DNA of 64,000 nucleotides from Octopus vulgaris (GCA_951406725.2 OX597831.1:21824001-21888000); one strand, 5' to 3'; positions 13,150 to 27,992 are shown, counted from the stretch's first letter. A program made the numbers and translations. The notes: a model not told the origin generated them from the sequence alone.

Positions 13150-13920
13150 ACTGTTAGAATTGATATTATCATGTACACTTGGTTGATAAAGGATCACCTA
13201 GGGCTAAGCTCCTTGCAAAACTGGAAACAACATCTTAAATCATATCACAACCAATGAAAAACAGCTATGATATCGTTCATGTGATTATATCATCCAATGA
13301 AAATAGGAGTGCCAGCAAGCTTTAAGATTATTTCTTTCAGAGATTCTCTGAACAGCAAAGGGCTCCATATAGATTACCTTACAATTGAATCATAATACTA
13401 ACTACTTAAACTTTCTCGGTTCTGAAAGCCAGACAAAAGCAAATTATTTAGTTTGTTGGGAAAAAGATTTTTAAAAAAAGGAAGAGTTATTTGGATACCT
13501 GCAGGTAAAGATGAATATATAGGAAAACAGATAAATTAGCGAAAATAGAGACCAGAATAAGAAATACTAGACAGAGACTACATTGTAAATCTTTCAGAAT
13601 CAAGAGATTTTAAAAAGCAAGAAATAAACAATCGAATCCACATTCAAAGTATCAAAAGATAAATAAACTTCAATTATATCGACCAGATCTATCAAACTTT
13701 AATTCTTCATTATGTCAGTCAGATCTAACAACATATAAAATGTATCACATATTGAACAAGGTTAATAAATGATTTGTTAATAAATACTTTGATCTTTATT
13801 CTATCACGAACAGGTCGTATGGCATCAAATTTATGTTCTTGTAGAGACTATTCAGAAACCATATGGCATTATTTGTTCCAATGTAAAAATACCCAATAAA
13901 TTAGAGATTTTTACGTTGCA
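13150..13920 (+). pseudogene. Highly decayed I-group LINE ORF2 C-terminus (RNase H plus CCHC finger)
   Basis: Hand translation across frameshifts: FKIISFRDSL, WIPAG...KTDKLAK (RNase H WIPxH...ADxLAK) and CSCRDYSETIWHYLFQC at about 13834-13884. Confidence 0.55.
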
Positions 13921-14265
13921 ACAGTCATGAACAGCAATGAGTGAAATATAGGTGTATTCATGTTTATATATACTATTTTTTCATACATATTATTTTGTAA
14001 GGAGAATATTTCCTTCGAGGAAGTTTCTGCAGCTTCTTGTCGTTCCTTGTCCATGTGTACACAGACGTATTATAAATATTAAAATGCTCAATTTTAACCG
14101 AGATGACACCTTATAAACTGATTTGAAAAAGTCAACAACAGTCGGATATACAATTTATTTTCAAGCATCCACCAACCTTGAATAAATTCTTGCAATTTAT
14201 GAAGGCAACAAAAACATTTAGCAAAACTATTTAGTTCTTCTTTATCCATTATAAACTTAGAGGCT

Positions 14266-14640
14266 GTGGAGGCACAATGGCCCAGTGGTTAGGGCAGCAG
14301 ACTCGCGGTCATAGGATCGCGGTTTCGATTCCCAGACCGGGCGTTGTGAGTGTTTATTGAGCGAAAACACCTAAAAGCTCCACGATGTCCGGCAGGTGAT
14401 GGTGGTGATCCCTGCTGTACTCTTTCACCACAACTTTCTCTCACCCTTACTTCCTGTTTCTGTTGTACCTGTATTTCAAGGGGCCAACCTTGTCACTCTC
14501 TGTGTCACGTTGAATATCCCCGAGAACTACATTATGGGTACACGTGTCTGTGGAGTGCTCAGCCACTTACACGTTAATTTCCCGAGCCGGCTGTTCCGTT
14601 GATTCCGATCATCGTCGTAACCGACGGAGTGCTTCCATCC
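14266..14640 (+). mobile_element. tRNA(Arg)-like SINE family B, tail type 1
   Basis: TGGCCCAGTGG and GTTTCGATTCCC boxes; 12-bp TSD AAACTTAGAGGC; resembles octopus OR-type SINEs as recalled. Confidence 0.92.
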
Positions 14641-15024
14641 CAAACTTAGAGGCAACCTTAAGGTGTAATATATATTAAAAAACACAACACTAACAGCTTG
14701 GGTTTTAGTTGAGATTACATTGTGAAACTTTGTGTATCTCTACCGTTCTGCTCTTTATAATATTCACCAATGTAATGTTATGTTTTATCATTGTTTCCGT
14801 GACCTTAAGAAAAAGGAAGCCTCAAATAACGAATAATGACATTCAGTTGACTATAAGAACCATGTTCTTCTATAATGCATTGAACTATCCCATTCTTTGA
14901 TGCTTACAGCAACATGTTTCTCTGGTGTGCGTGCGTGTGTTTCTGTGCCCGTGCGCGGTATGATTTCGTGCTTGCGTACGTTTTTGCGTGTGTGCGTGTA
15001 TGTGCGTATCTATACATATATGCA

Positions 15025-15382
<358 letters not shown>

Positions 15383-15841
15383 TAGTAGTTGCAAGTATTT
15401 ACACGACCAGCAGAACACTTGTCAATATTTATAGTGGAATGCTTTTATGAAATGCTTTTATAGTATAATTCTCTCTATTTGCTTCATACCAAGACTGAAA
15501 TCTCATGTCAAGATATATTCTACACATTCATCAGACGACACAAACTTCATTATTTATAAACGCTGAACACAAACACTCGCAACACACTCACTCACACACG
15601 TATATATACATAAATACATACATAGATATACATATTTATATATATATACATACGTATACATATACATAACTATGTATACATTTATGCATACATGTATCAT
15701 TAACTGCATACAACGCTTTAAAGCAGCATGTGAATCAATGAAAGGGCAATACCATTTGCATATACAGTTACATACGTGCGTATAAGTACAAATGCGTATG
15801 TATAAAACTATATACAATTATATGTATATATACATACACAC

Positions 15842-15927
<86 letters not shown>

Positions 15928-16042
15928 CGAATCCTGTGTATACATATCCACAGACATACGCACATATATCTTGGATATAGTACATGTGCAATATGTATGC
16001 ATTTCTTCGGTTTCATATTGCAAATGCTGTTTATATATTCAT

Positions 16043-16435
16043 ATAATAATAATAATGAAATTATTGTATACAGTGCTCAGGAGCACCACAACTTGTCAGA
16101 AAGTGCATATAAAGTACATGCAGTAATGTAGAAATGTCTGGAAAGCGAACAATGCATGAGTCAGATACATGCTTGTGTGTGTATGGAGGGGAGAAAATCA
16201 AGTGTAGTGTTGGCGAATCTCAGGAAGCATGGAAGTTTTGAAGGATGCAGTGCTCCGACAACTAACAACTGATGCCGGCAGTTTGTTCCATGCTTCAGCA
16301 ACTCTCAGCGTGAAAAAATGTTTCCTGAAGTCATGGGAGCTGTGCTGTTTTCTTACTTTGTAAATATGTCCACGGGTGTTAGATGGGTGGAGTTTGAAAA
16401 GGTGCTCAGAGTTATTGTTTGTACGATGGTTGATA
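16043..16435 (-). mobile_element. CR1-group LINE 3' end (5'-truncated)
   Basis: ORF2 C-terminus TRGHIYKVRK...FFTLRVAEAWNKLPASVV...FK, short 3' UTR, (ATT)n tail. Confidence 0.85.
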
Positions 16436-16760
16436 GATTCCTTTAAATTTATTTCGACCAAAAACAAAAAGAAATTCTAAATAAAATTTAACTCCTTAAA
16501 CAGAATCAAATACCTTGTTTTCTTTAAAAAAAAAAAGAAACTATCCTATATAGTTTCATAACGAAAGCAAGGGAAGTAATCATTGCAAAGTATTTTGATT
16601 GGGTTCGTTTCTTTTCTTAGTTTCCAATTACTCCGATAATATGAGAAAATAGCTTATTTCATTTGATGATATTTTATACTATTTATTTATATATTTATAC
16701 AGGTGTTTCGTTATTTCTTTGTTTTTTGTCTTCAACGCCATGTCTTTTAGTAAGGTGGTT

Positions 16761-16824
<64 letters not shown>

Positions 16825-16976
16825 AGTGTGAGTTTCTTTGTGGCAGTCGGTTTTGATATCTTTTTTTTTCCTTCCTCCAATATGCAATTAAAGATACGTT
16901 AATTAACGAAAGAATCTCTTAGTAATGAGTCATATTATAATAAGCTACTAAAAAAAAACATACACACTAAAATGCA

Positions 16977-17036
16977 ATAATAATGATAATAATAATAATA
17001 ATAATAATGATGATAATAATAATAATGATAATAATG

Positions 17037-17085
<49 letters not shown>

Positions 17086-17096
17086 TAATAATAATA
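16977..17096. repeat. (TAA)n microsatellite
   Basis: Direct reading. Confidence 0.95.
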
Positions 17097-18250
17097 GCAT
17101 ATGAAATGAAGAAATGAAAATTTATTAAATAAGTCGAACAATAACTACAACCAAATGTAAATATTCGGTGAAATTAAATTTTGAAAAAGAAGAAAATAAA
17201 ATTAGAGAAAATACAATTAAGCGAAAAAAATTAATATATAGAGCAACGAAGGAGTTAAATAATTCGGAATAAAATTAGAGAATACCTGCTTTGATAAAGT
17301 TTTTGTCTTCCTTTTTTTAATTATGTGATAGGTTTGTTTTTTGCCTTATATATTATTTCATATGCTCATATAATTTCTCTTATATATATAAATATATATA
17401 TATATATATGATCGTATGGATATGTATTTTTTCATATATTTATTGATGTAATACTTAAATATTTACATACATGTGCGGATTTAATTCTGTGTGTGTGTGT
17501 GTGTGTGCGCGCGTGTATCGTAGTTTGTAGCATCTGCGTTAATTATCTTTCTCCTGCTTTAATTAACAACTGTTCAATGTAATAATATCGTCCGCATGTT
17601 CGAGCCCAGCTTAGAATTTGCTTTAATATTTACGAACTAGATTTCCTTCTTTCTACCTCTCTCTCTCTGTCTACCCCTCCCTCTATCTACCTCTCTCTAT
17701 ATATATATATCTTTCTCTTTCTCTGCACCTCTCTCTCTCTTTGTTCACCTTTCTTAATTATCACTTTAAAACACGGAGTACATTTCGAAATATAATTAAA
17801 TGTAAATATTTCATGTATTATTTTTGTATATTTTGCGGGGCGGTCATCTGCAAACCCCCGTTTCACTATCTTTATGCAGCACTGCTACAACTAATGAACA
17901 ATTAGCAAACTGAAGACAAATTTTAGTTGTCCTGAATTATTTACAAACACAGATATTACATGAAATATGAAATGAAGATGTGATCATGACACCATCATAC
18001 ACAAAATAGAGGCGTTTAATCACATTTAAATGATTTTCAACGAACGATTTCATTGAAGCCGGTGAGACTTTATTTGTTGATCATGAAAACAACGTGTTAT
18101 TCTGTAGAGTTTATTGTCTACAGTTGTCAAGCCACGTCAGTCGCCAACAGCTAAACAGAACAAGAGGAGCACATAGGGTGGAGAGTCGCTGAAGAGGTCA
18201 CAGAGTGTATGGCGAAAGATATCTAGACAAATGACATAAAATTAGAACAA

Positions 18251-18661
18251 TAGGAGTGACTGTGTGGTAAGTAGCTTGCTAACAAACCACATGGTTCCGG
18301 GTTCAGTCCCACTGCGTGGCATCTTGGGCAAGTGTCTTCTGCTATAGCCCCGGGCCGACCAAAGCCTTGTGAGTGGATTTGGTAGACGGAAACTGAAAGT
18401 AGCCTGTCGTATATATGTATATATATATGTATGTGTGTGTGTGTTTGTTTGTCTGTGTTTGTCCCCCTAGCATTGCTTGACAACCGATGCTGGTGTGTTT
18501 ACGTCCCCGTCACTTTGCGGTTCGGCAAAAGAGACCGATAGAATAAGTACTGGGCTTACAAAGAATAAGTCCCGGGGTTGATTTGCTCGACTAAAAGGCG
18601 GTGCTCCAGCATGGCCACAGTCAAAATGACTGAAACAAGTAAAAGAGAGAGTGAAAAGAGT
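18251..18661 (+). mobile_element. SINE family A, full length
   Basis: Homology to other copies. Confidence 0.92.
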
Positions 18662-19150
18662 AATAATGATATAAATTTGAAGGGAAGAACGAATATATAA
18701 TAGGCGTGTTTATTTGACGAAAAATATCACCATTTCGAAATTTCAACACACGATTTCACATTATGAATCTTGTAAAAACAAAAAAAAATCAGAAATGTAA
18801 AAAAGGATAAAATCGACTTCGTACTAAAAGGATATCAAATTTTTTTGTCTTATTTGGACTATATTTGAACCGTTTTTTCATTTTCTTCTTTCATCCTCAT
18901 TTTCTTACAGCTTAAGAATAGATTTTCTGTTGGAGGTGTAGAAGTAATTAATTATTGCTTAAAGTAAAGCACAGTATCAAACAAATACTTATACATCCGG
19001 TTGGAGTTTGGAGTTTGGTAACGTGATTATGCAAACACAACCAACTGTTGTTTACACCAATCGATTTTAACATGTTATATGATAGGATTTATTAATGCTC
19101 ACCATGAAGTTTTACTAAGTCGTTAAATTGATGTAACTATATTATCCATT

Positions 19151-19464
19151 GTGGAGGCGCAATGGCCCAGTGGTTAGGGCAGCGGACTCGCGGTCGTAGG
19201 ATCGCGGTTTCGATTCCCAGACCGGGCGTTGTGTGTGTTTATTGAGCGAAAACACCTAAAACTCCACGAGGCTCCGGCAGGGGTTGGTGGCGGTCCCTGC
19301 TGTACTCTTTCGCCACAATTTTCTCTCACTCTTTCTTCTGTTGGCCTGCTCGCTTAGCCAGCGGGGTGGCGTCATTTGAAGGCTAAAACAATGCAAAGCG
19401 CATTGTGACCAGCGATGTGTAGCAACATCTGATAGTCTGGTCGTAAAAGAAGAAAAAGAAAAGA
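19151..19464 (+). mobile_element. SINE family B, tail type 2
   Basis: Same head as 14266 with a different 3' part; 12-bp TSD ATATTATCCATT. Confidence 0.92.
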
Positions 19465-19652
19465 ATATTATCCATTACTGCAACTTGCGCGTTGGGATAT
19501 TGTATTTAAAATGGTTGTACACAGACCCAAAAGAAACCGCGAAAGGTCTGTTGTTTCTCGGGGTTTTATGAAAACCAATTTAAAGCGCATTCTGTTGCAG
19601 CGACCATTATACACAACTGGTACATGTGGTGTGTATGTATATAAGCATAAAG

Positions 19653-20038
19653 GTGGAGGCGCAATGGCCCAGTGGTTAGGGCAGCGGACTCGCGGTCGTA
19701 GGATCGCGGTTTCGATTCCCAGACCGGGCGTTGTGAGTGTTTATTGAGCGAAAACACCTAAAAGCTCCACGATGTCCGGCAGGTGATGGTGGTGATCCCT
19801 GCTGTACTCTTTCACCACAACTTTCTCTCACTCTTACTTCCTGTTTCTGTTGTACCTGTATTTCAAAGGGCCGGCCTTGTCACTCTCTGTGTCACGCTGA
19901 ATATCCCCGAGAACTACGTTAAGTGTACACGTATCTGTGGAGTGCTCAGCCACTTACACGTTAATTTCACGAGCAGGCTGTTCCGTTGATCGGATCAACC
20001 GGAACCCTCGTCGTCGTAACCGATGAAGTGCTTCCACC
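19653..20038 (+). mobile_element. SINE family B, tail type 1
   Basis: 12-bp TSD ATAAGCATAAAG. Confidence 0.93.
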
Positions 20039-20385
20039 ATAAGCATAAAGAATGTATATGGAGATAAACTGATAGATAAATCATTCCAGTCTCCTGTTTT
20101 GATTTGTTAATACTCTGCAAAAAAATATTTTCCCGTATTTTCATATTTTGTGCATTGCTTACACAGATAACTACATCTACATACGAAGTTAGAATACAGA
20201 TGTGATTCAAGAGGAAGCAATTTCGATTTTAAAACTATATATATACATGTATACATAAGTATTGACGCGCGCGCACATACACACATACACACACACGAAC
20301 AGATAGGTAGATGAATAGACTGACATGCAGATAAATAGATAGAGGGATAGACAAATAGATAGATAGATGGACAGATTGATAGACA

Positions 20386-20417
<32 letters not shown>

Positions 20418-20440
20418 AAGATAGATAGATAGATAGATAA

Positions 20441-20849
20441 GTTTATTTATTGGCCACACAGGGCTGCACACAGATGGGACAAGTTACAAGGTAGAGCTTT
20501 TCTTTTGGGGGATGAAAAAAACAAAAGACAAAAGAAACAAAAAAGGGCTGGTGTAGGTTTTCGATCAAAAGGGATCGTAAAAGGGAAAAAAAGAACAAAA
20601 AAAATAAAATAAAAATAAAATAATAAAAATAAAAAAAGAAGAAAAGGAAACGGAACAAAAGAAAAGAGAAATGAAAAAAGAAGAAGAAAGGGGAAAAAAA
20701 GGGGAAGAGGAAAAAAAAACGATCAATAGGGATCGTGTATCACAGTGTTATGATATATGGTGTAAAGGGGAAAGCAAGTAAGGTTTATCCGTGGGAAGAA
20801 AAGCCTACGAAAAAGACAACGGTAACCTTGGTCAATATTACCGTGGTCT
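20441..20849 (-). mobile_element. Probable LINE 3' UTR inserted in a (GATA)n tract
   Basis: Minus strand is T-rich and ends GTGTGGCCAATAAATAAAC; GATA repeats on both sides. Confidence 0.5.
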
Positions 20850-20915
<66 letters not shown>

Positions 20916-20938
20916 CACAGACAGACAGACAGACAGAC

Positions 20939-21028
<90 letters not shown>

Positions 21029-21086
21029 GCAGACAGACTGACAGACGGGCGGAAAGACAGACAAACAGACAGATAGATAGATAGGG

Positions 21087-21120
<34 letters not shown>
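20850..21120. repeat. (GATA)n/(GACA)n microsatellite
   Basis: Direct reading. Confidence 0.95.
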
Positions 21121-21121
<1 letters not shown>

Positions 21122-22599
21122 TGAACGGACAGACTGATAGAAAGCCTGATAGATAGATATTTTCTTCTTTTTAATTCTAGTTTTGTTCTTCTTTGTGAAG
21201 CTCTACGAAAACAGGAAGAATATAAAATGTCGCCAATGAGTTTGTGCCAATGTTTAATTACATTTTCCTAGCTGTTCTGAATTTGAAGCTATATATTCCA
21301 TATTTTGGATATGGAAAAATTATTTGTCAAAATATGTCTTGAGATAAGCTTCCGATCTAACTAAATTAAAAAATTTTTCTTCCTCAAATAGCCAAAAATG
21401 TAATTTCTTCCCCCTATTGTCTCCCTTAAATATCAGCCACAAAATAAATAGAAATATATTTATTAGATCGAAGCGTCATAACTAAATTAGTAGTTATATT
21501 GGAATTTTCATCCTCCCCGGTTCACTTCCAAACATTAAAATGGAGAAACTCTAATTGCTATTTCATTATCTTCTTAATATTTATAGACGAGAGAAAAATA
21601 AACCTGGTATCATCACTATTGGCTTTAATTCGCAGTTCGAAGATCTTTCATTTATTTGCATTAAAGAAAATAAAGACTTATTTGATCAATAAAATTTCGT
21701 ATGAACCATTGCACTCTTTCTTACGGTTGCATACGTCTTGTGCTGCAAGGGAGCGCGCGCTCGGTGGAGCAAGATTCTTGCAGAATAAACTAAAAGTAGA
21801 GCGGCGGTAGAAAACAACGAGAAATCTCTGCTGTATTTATTCCAAGAAAAATCACAAATCTTCCGATTTTGGCATGGTGGCTCCCAATTGCCAATGGCTG
21901 CAAAACTGGAAGCGCGCTTGGCGAAAGAGAAAGAGAAAGAGAGAGAGAGAGAGAAACTAAGTCACAGAGTAAAGGAGTCAGAGAGGAGAGGAGAGGAGAT
22001 ATGTAGAAAGTGACAGCTTTTTTCTTAGGCGTTCGTAGAACTTCTCATCTGGTCTTTCAAAATAATGGTTTTATCATCCATTTTCCAAATTTTTTGAGCT
22101 CAAAGTCTTCTACACCTATATTATATATAGGAGACGTATATTCAACACATACCCGTCTACATTTTATGATTATTCCGACAATTATACTCAGTATCATATA
22201 CATTTTGGCGGCAATCTGTAAGAGCTAGTCGCCAGTGTCCAAAGTAGAAGAAAATACTTCAGAAAGTTATTTTTATTGGTACAACTGTTGTGTCATACAT
22301 TCATAGCTGAAATTATATTTCCAGTAATGTTTATCCTGCTACGTCTTCTGTGTAAGATTGTAGCTATGGTATTACATTTTCCTGTCTATCGCATCGTTAT
22401 AAACAACATGGCGTTATCCGTTTTAAGGGCATAGTATATGTTTGCAGGTGTAAAAAATCATCAACGAAGATTGCAAACGGAAGTGGTTTGCTATTGATCC
22501 TTGTGGAACTTATACATTGATGGATTATTGAACAATACTGAGTGGATCTCCAATTAAGGAAGTGGTGAAAGCATCTTAGCATTAATGCAAGAATGTGTC

Positions 22600-22820
22600 T
22601 ACGAGTGCCGAAAATTTCCTGGCTTTCGGAGTATAACGAAAGGCCTGGTTGGCGGACCAACCTTTCGAGTTCTTTTACAGGGCGTAGAAAACCTGAATGA
22701 CTGATGCAATAAGTGTGTGAATCTGAGAGGACACTACGTTGCATAAATATAATAATTAACTGATCTTCCTGTATTTCTTTTTACCCAAAGCCAAAGATTT
22801 TCCAGCACTCCGCCCTCGTA
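22600..22820 (+). mobile_element. Mariner-derived MITE
   Basis: TACGAG...CTCGTA ends with TA; residual transposase C-terminus (GVENL...CNKCVNLRGHYVA*); related pieces at 22940-22970 and 23720-23804. Confidence 0.7.
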
Positions 22821-22967
22821 TATATGCATTTAGTTCTCATTTCAAGCAAATCGAACGAAGATATAAAGGCTCCCATAGTGGTTCATTGTCACTCATTTCT
22901 TGCACAAAGACGGACGATGATACTTTCGCATAATTTTTAAAGCCAAAAACTTTTCAACACTCCACTC

Positions 22968-23120
<153 letters not shown>

Positions 23121-23136
23121 TATAGTTACAAAAAGT

Positions 23137-23511
23137 GGTGGAAGCACTCCGTCGGTTACGACGATGAGGGTTCCGGTTGATCCGATCAACGGAACAGCCT
23201 GCTCGTGAAATTAACGTGTAAGTGGCTGAGCACTCCACAGACACGTGTACCCTTAACGCAGTTCTCGGGGATATTCAGCGTGACACAGAGAGTGACAAGG
23301 CCGGCCCTTTGAAATACAGGTACAACAGAAACAGGAAGTAAGAGTGAGAGAAAGTTGTGGTGAAAGAGTACAGCAGGGATCACCACCATCCCCTGCCGGA
23401 GCCTCGTGGAGCTTTAGGTGTTTTCGCTCAATAAACACTCGCAACGCCCTGTCTGGGCTATCCTACGACCGCGAGTCTGCTGCCGTAACCACTGGGCCAT
23501 TGCGCCTCCAC
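23137..23511 (-). mobile_element. SINE family B, tail type 1
   Basis: Reverse complement of the 19653 copy; TSD-like CAAAAAGT. Confidence 0.92.
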
Positions 23512-23841
23512 AAAAAGTTTATTTACAAAAAGTAAATAAATTTGGAAAATGCACAGAAGTATATTGTAGAGAATGTTTAATAAAATATTACCGGTTTCGA
23601 TGTATCGATCCAATGAAATTCTAGAAATATTAGAAAAAATATTTTGGAGAGTGGGAGAGAAAAAACATTTTTGGTAGGGTTTTACAGTTTGTATTCAAAT
23701 GTGAGTCCTTAAGAACTCAAATTCCTCTCTCAGACTCACACACCTATTGCAGCGGTCCTTCAGTTTTTCTAAGCCATGTGATCTTTTCAGCACCCCACTC
23801 GTATATATAGTTGAATGAATGAATGAATAGATATGTATGTC

Positions 23842-24059
23842 TGTTGTAGAGCTGAAAAAGAAGTAATTTCTACTCTTCTCCTCTGGAAGCCATCTACTCG
23901 CAATACCGGAGGGCGCACACACTCCTACCCTGATGTAATCTCCAGGGATACAGGCATCCAGCAACAGGACCTCCGTAATGCTATGATGGACCGTGAAGTC
24001 TGGCGTAACATAGTAAATTCCATTGTCTCGACCACGGTCGAACAATGATGATGATGATG
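23842..24059 (+). mobile_element. RTE-group LINE 3' end
   Basis: CCRAEKEVISTLLLWKP...GR...YPDVISRDTG...AMMDREVWR...* followed directly by a (TGA)n tail. Confidence 0.8.
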
Positions 24060-24505
24060 TCTGTTTGTATACTTGATATTATAAAACCATATTCTTAGAA
24101 CTGTAGCCTAACAGCTAATTTCCTTCTGTTTCATTTTCACCAGTTACGTAACTGAAATATCTAGTCGGATATGGCTGTAAATAGGTGCATCACGAATATA
24201 CATACGTACATACATATATAAATACATCCATTCATCCATCCATCTCTCCTTCCAGCCATTGAGCCATCCATCCATCCATCCATCTATCCATACACAAATA
24301 TAATTATATTTGCGTATATCTCTGTATGTATGAACTTCTGTGAGCGTGGTTGTGGATACGTATGTTAATATACACATGGATGCTTGTGAAGATTGTGTGT
24401 ATGTATTAGTATGTGCGTGCGTATTCACATATATTTATGCATATATGCTTACACGTGTGGATATATATGTATAAATGTGTGTATGTATATAAATATATTT
24501 TTAAC

Positions 24506-24538
<33 letters not shown>

Positions 24539-24566
24539 ATGTATGTATACCTATATATATACCAAT

Positions 24567-24619
<53 letters not shown>

Positions 24620-25071
24620 TATTGAGAGATCTGTACACTCTTTCCCTCTCGCTCTCTCACACACACACACGCTTTCACATATATATACACATACATTCAT
24701 ACACTCACAGTGAAAGACATATAGGAAAACAAACATACTTATATAATATCTTGCTTAATCGAAAGCATACACTATACACATATACGCACACACGCACACA
24801 CATAAGCACACATTCACATGTACGCGGTGCACTCGATTACTTAAAACCAAGATTAGATAAATGTAACGCCTTTCCTGCAACTTGAAGCGGAAGTGCCCCC
24901 AAGCTTCATTTGTATCTATGCGCGGAAAGACATACTGCGAAAGTGATTATCACACATAATATTTACTGTTTCAGCTTCTCCATCTTTCCGTTATCCACTG
25001 TTTATTACACGCCATCCATCCTTCATTGCGTCATCTTGCACTCACTCACTCAGACACACACACACACACAC

Positions 25072-25144
<73 letters not shown>

Positions 25145-25203
25145 TAAATTAGAGACAAAACCACTATTAGGCAAATCAAACAATGAAAAACTTAAGCCAA
25201 TAC

Positions 25204-25244
<41 letters not shown>

Positions 25245-25638
25245 TACCGACCAATTGTTTAAACATGTCCAGGAAAACTAATCTGTATTGGTCGTTGCTA
25301 CACGTATTTTGTGAAAATATTTGGTCGGCTCGTCTAGTCTGTGCGCTGAAGCATTGCCTTTATCTTCCCCTGTAACGTTGGCGTACCCTGTGAGAAGCAT
25401 ATAGAGTAGAATGCTTGGATACTATAGAACAGAGAACAAACACACATTATTTGTTAATAATTTAATTTCATGAAATTTAATTTAGTTAAATTTTATTTAA
25501 AGACTGCAAATTCGGTCGAGTTTAATCTTTTTCTTCGTTCTTTCTGAGCTGATGAAATAAAGTACCAGTCAAGTAATGGCGTCGATGTAATTGACTAGCG
25601 CCTCAAAATTTCAGGCTTTGTGCCTATAGTAGAAAGAA

Positions 25639-25674
<36 letters not shown>

Positions 25675-25914
25675 GGTGGAATCGTTAGCACGTCGGACCC
25701 AAACGCTGCGCTGGATTTCATCCGTCTTTATGTTCTGAGTTCAGATTCCACCGTGGTCAACTTTACCTTTCATCGTTTCGGGGCCGATGCAATCCACACG
25801 CCAAATTTGAAACCATTCTTCTTCTTCGTTTTCTTGTTGCTATTGATGTTGTTGTTGTTGTTGTTCGCTGTCGCTGCTGCTGCTTTTGTTGTTGTTCTTG
25901 TTGCTGCTGTTGCT

Positions 25915-26400
25915 CGACTTGACAATGGATTGGGTTTATTTCCTGTAGAATTTACGTGCGTAACGGATTACAGCCTGTAAAATTAGATATCCCCAAGCTG
26001 TTAATAATCCAATAATCTTTCAAGTTCTCAAAACACTTCTGATAATCTTTCCTGTCCCTAAAACGCAAAACCTTCTCTAAAGACTGTACTTGACATTCCA
26101 TTACGATAGCCTCCAACCATTTGTCTATGTCATTACTCACGGTCCTTAATGCATTTATTATTACAGGCACAGCCTTTACAGTTTTCATACTTCAAATTCT
26201 TGCAATTTTAGATTTTAAGGTATTATATTTCTTTCTTATTTATCGTCTGCTTTATTTACAATCCTGGCATCTAACGGACATGATGAATCAATCAGGAAGT
26301 AAAATCGCTTTTGCTTATCTATTATTGTTATATCCGGCTTATTATTTTCTATCTTCCTATTTATTTGAATTGGAAAATCTCATAACATTTTGCACTCTTC
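25915..26400 (-). pseudogene. Decayed R4/Dong-like LINE C-terminus
   Basis: IKKEI*YLKI / MKTVKAVPVIINALRTVSNDIDKWL, matching the VPVIVG.LG motif at 27640; runs toward an (AAC)n tract. Confidence 0.6.
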
Positions 26401-27331
26401 GACTCAAGCCATCTTTCTACACGTAGTTATACCAAGTACTTGAAGATTCAAACTACCATTTTTGAATAATCTGGCAGAATCCTTTGTTCGCCGGGCAAAA
26501 TGCTTCGCGGCATTTCGCCCGTCGCTATGTTCTGAGCTCAAATACTGCCGAGGTCTACTTTGCTTTCATCATTCCAGAGTCGATAAAATAAGCACCAAGC
26601 CTTATCAGCATTTGCCCTTCCCTTGCATAACATCGGTGGCAAGGTGAGAGGAAACCGTTATGCGTGTGTGACTGCTGATCTTCCATAAACAGCCTTGACG
26701 GAAATGTGCCTCGGAGGGGAACTTTCTAGGTTCAATCCTATGCTCATTCATGATCGAAGGGGATACCTGTGTTTTATATATATAAAGATATACACACATA
26801 TGTATGTATGTATACGAACTGTGAAGTATTCGCATAGTTAATGATATGATGGCGGGAAAAGAATACTTCCATATTAAAGCTATGTTATTTTTCTACATCT
26901 ATTTCAAATTTTCGACACTGTTGCCATTAACTTTGATACATTTCTATTGTTCCTTATGCAGCTGCTACAAGACATTTCTATAGAACTGTTTTGTCTTTTA
27001 AGCTGACCTCTGTTTTGCTATCGACTGAGAATTTTGACCGTAAGGGAATAGTTTCTATGCAGTAAATTATACTTCAAATTTGGAAGCATAACAGCTTAGG
27101 ATGAAATTGATTAAATATTTAAAAAAATCTAAATATGCATCATAAAAAAGCAATCAAATAAAGTGATAATTTTAAATCATTGGTGAATGGTTGGTAATCT
27201 GTCTCAAAGCTATACTAGAATATTTATTATATGTGTAAAAACATATAAAAATGGTTTCAAATTTTGGCTCAAGGCCAGCAAGTTTTTAGGGAGGAGATAA
27301 ATCGGTTACATCGACTCCAGTGTTCGGCCAG

Positions 27332-27950
27332 TATTTACATTGGACAATATGTCGGCATTATAAAATCAAAACCGCTGACAAATGGTATAAACATCATCCT
27401 GAAGCTGTGACTGAGGGAGAACATCTGTCGATTCTATGGGACTTCCCCGTGTAGACCGACAGGACTATAAAAGCTAATAAACCGGATATTATTATAAAAG
27501 ATCAGACAAAAAGGATGTGTTTATTAATTGACATGAGTATTCCCTGTGATCACAATATAGCGGCGAAAGAATTTGACAAGATTAGTAAATATAAAGACCT
27601 GCTAATAGAAATTGAAAAAATGTGGCATCTCAAGGCGACTACAGTACCAGTGATTGTAGGATCTCTCGGAATGATAAAAAAGGTACCGAAACCTATTTGA
27701 AAATGATTCCAGGCCTACCATCCCTACAGGAAGTGCAAAAAATCGTATTAACTGGAACGGCTCATGTACTGAGAAGAGCACTATCGCTGTGAAAGTAATA
27801 TCCATCCATGAATTTATTTATTTATTAATTTTTAAATACATATTTTATCTGTGAATTTGCGCGTGTAATCTGGGAGCCCTTCTCTGCCCTAGGTGTATGG
27901 AAAACACTCGGCGAAAAACGGAAGAAAATTTGAAGAAAGAAGGAAAAAAC

Positions 27951-27990
<40 letters not shown>
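27332..27990 (+). mobile_element. R4/Dong-clade LINE 3' end with restriction-like endonuclease
   Basis: LHWTICRHY...KWYKHHPE...ILWDFPV*TDRTIKANKPDIII...IDMSIP...KISKYKDL...VPVIVGSLG; stop near 27792; 3' UTR; (TAA)n tail. Confidence 0.85.

Positions 27991-27992
<2 letters not shown>

Noticed and set aside
19653-19730. tRNA-Arg-like gene, and other tRNA-like heads
   Set aside because: These are SINE heads: they continue into repeat bodies with TSDs and lack a proper acceptor stem
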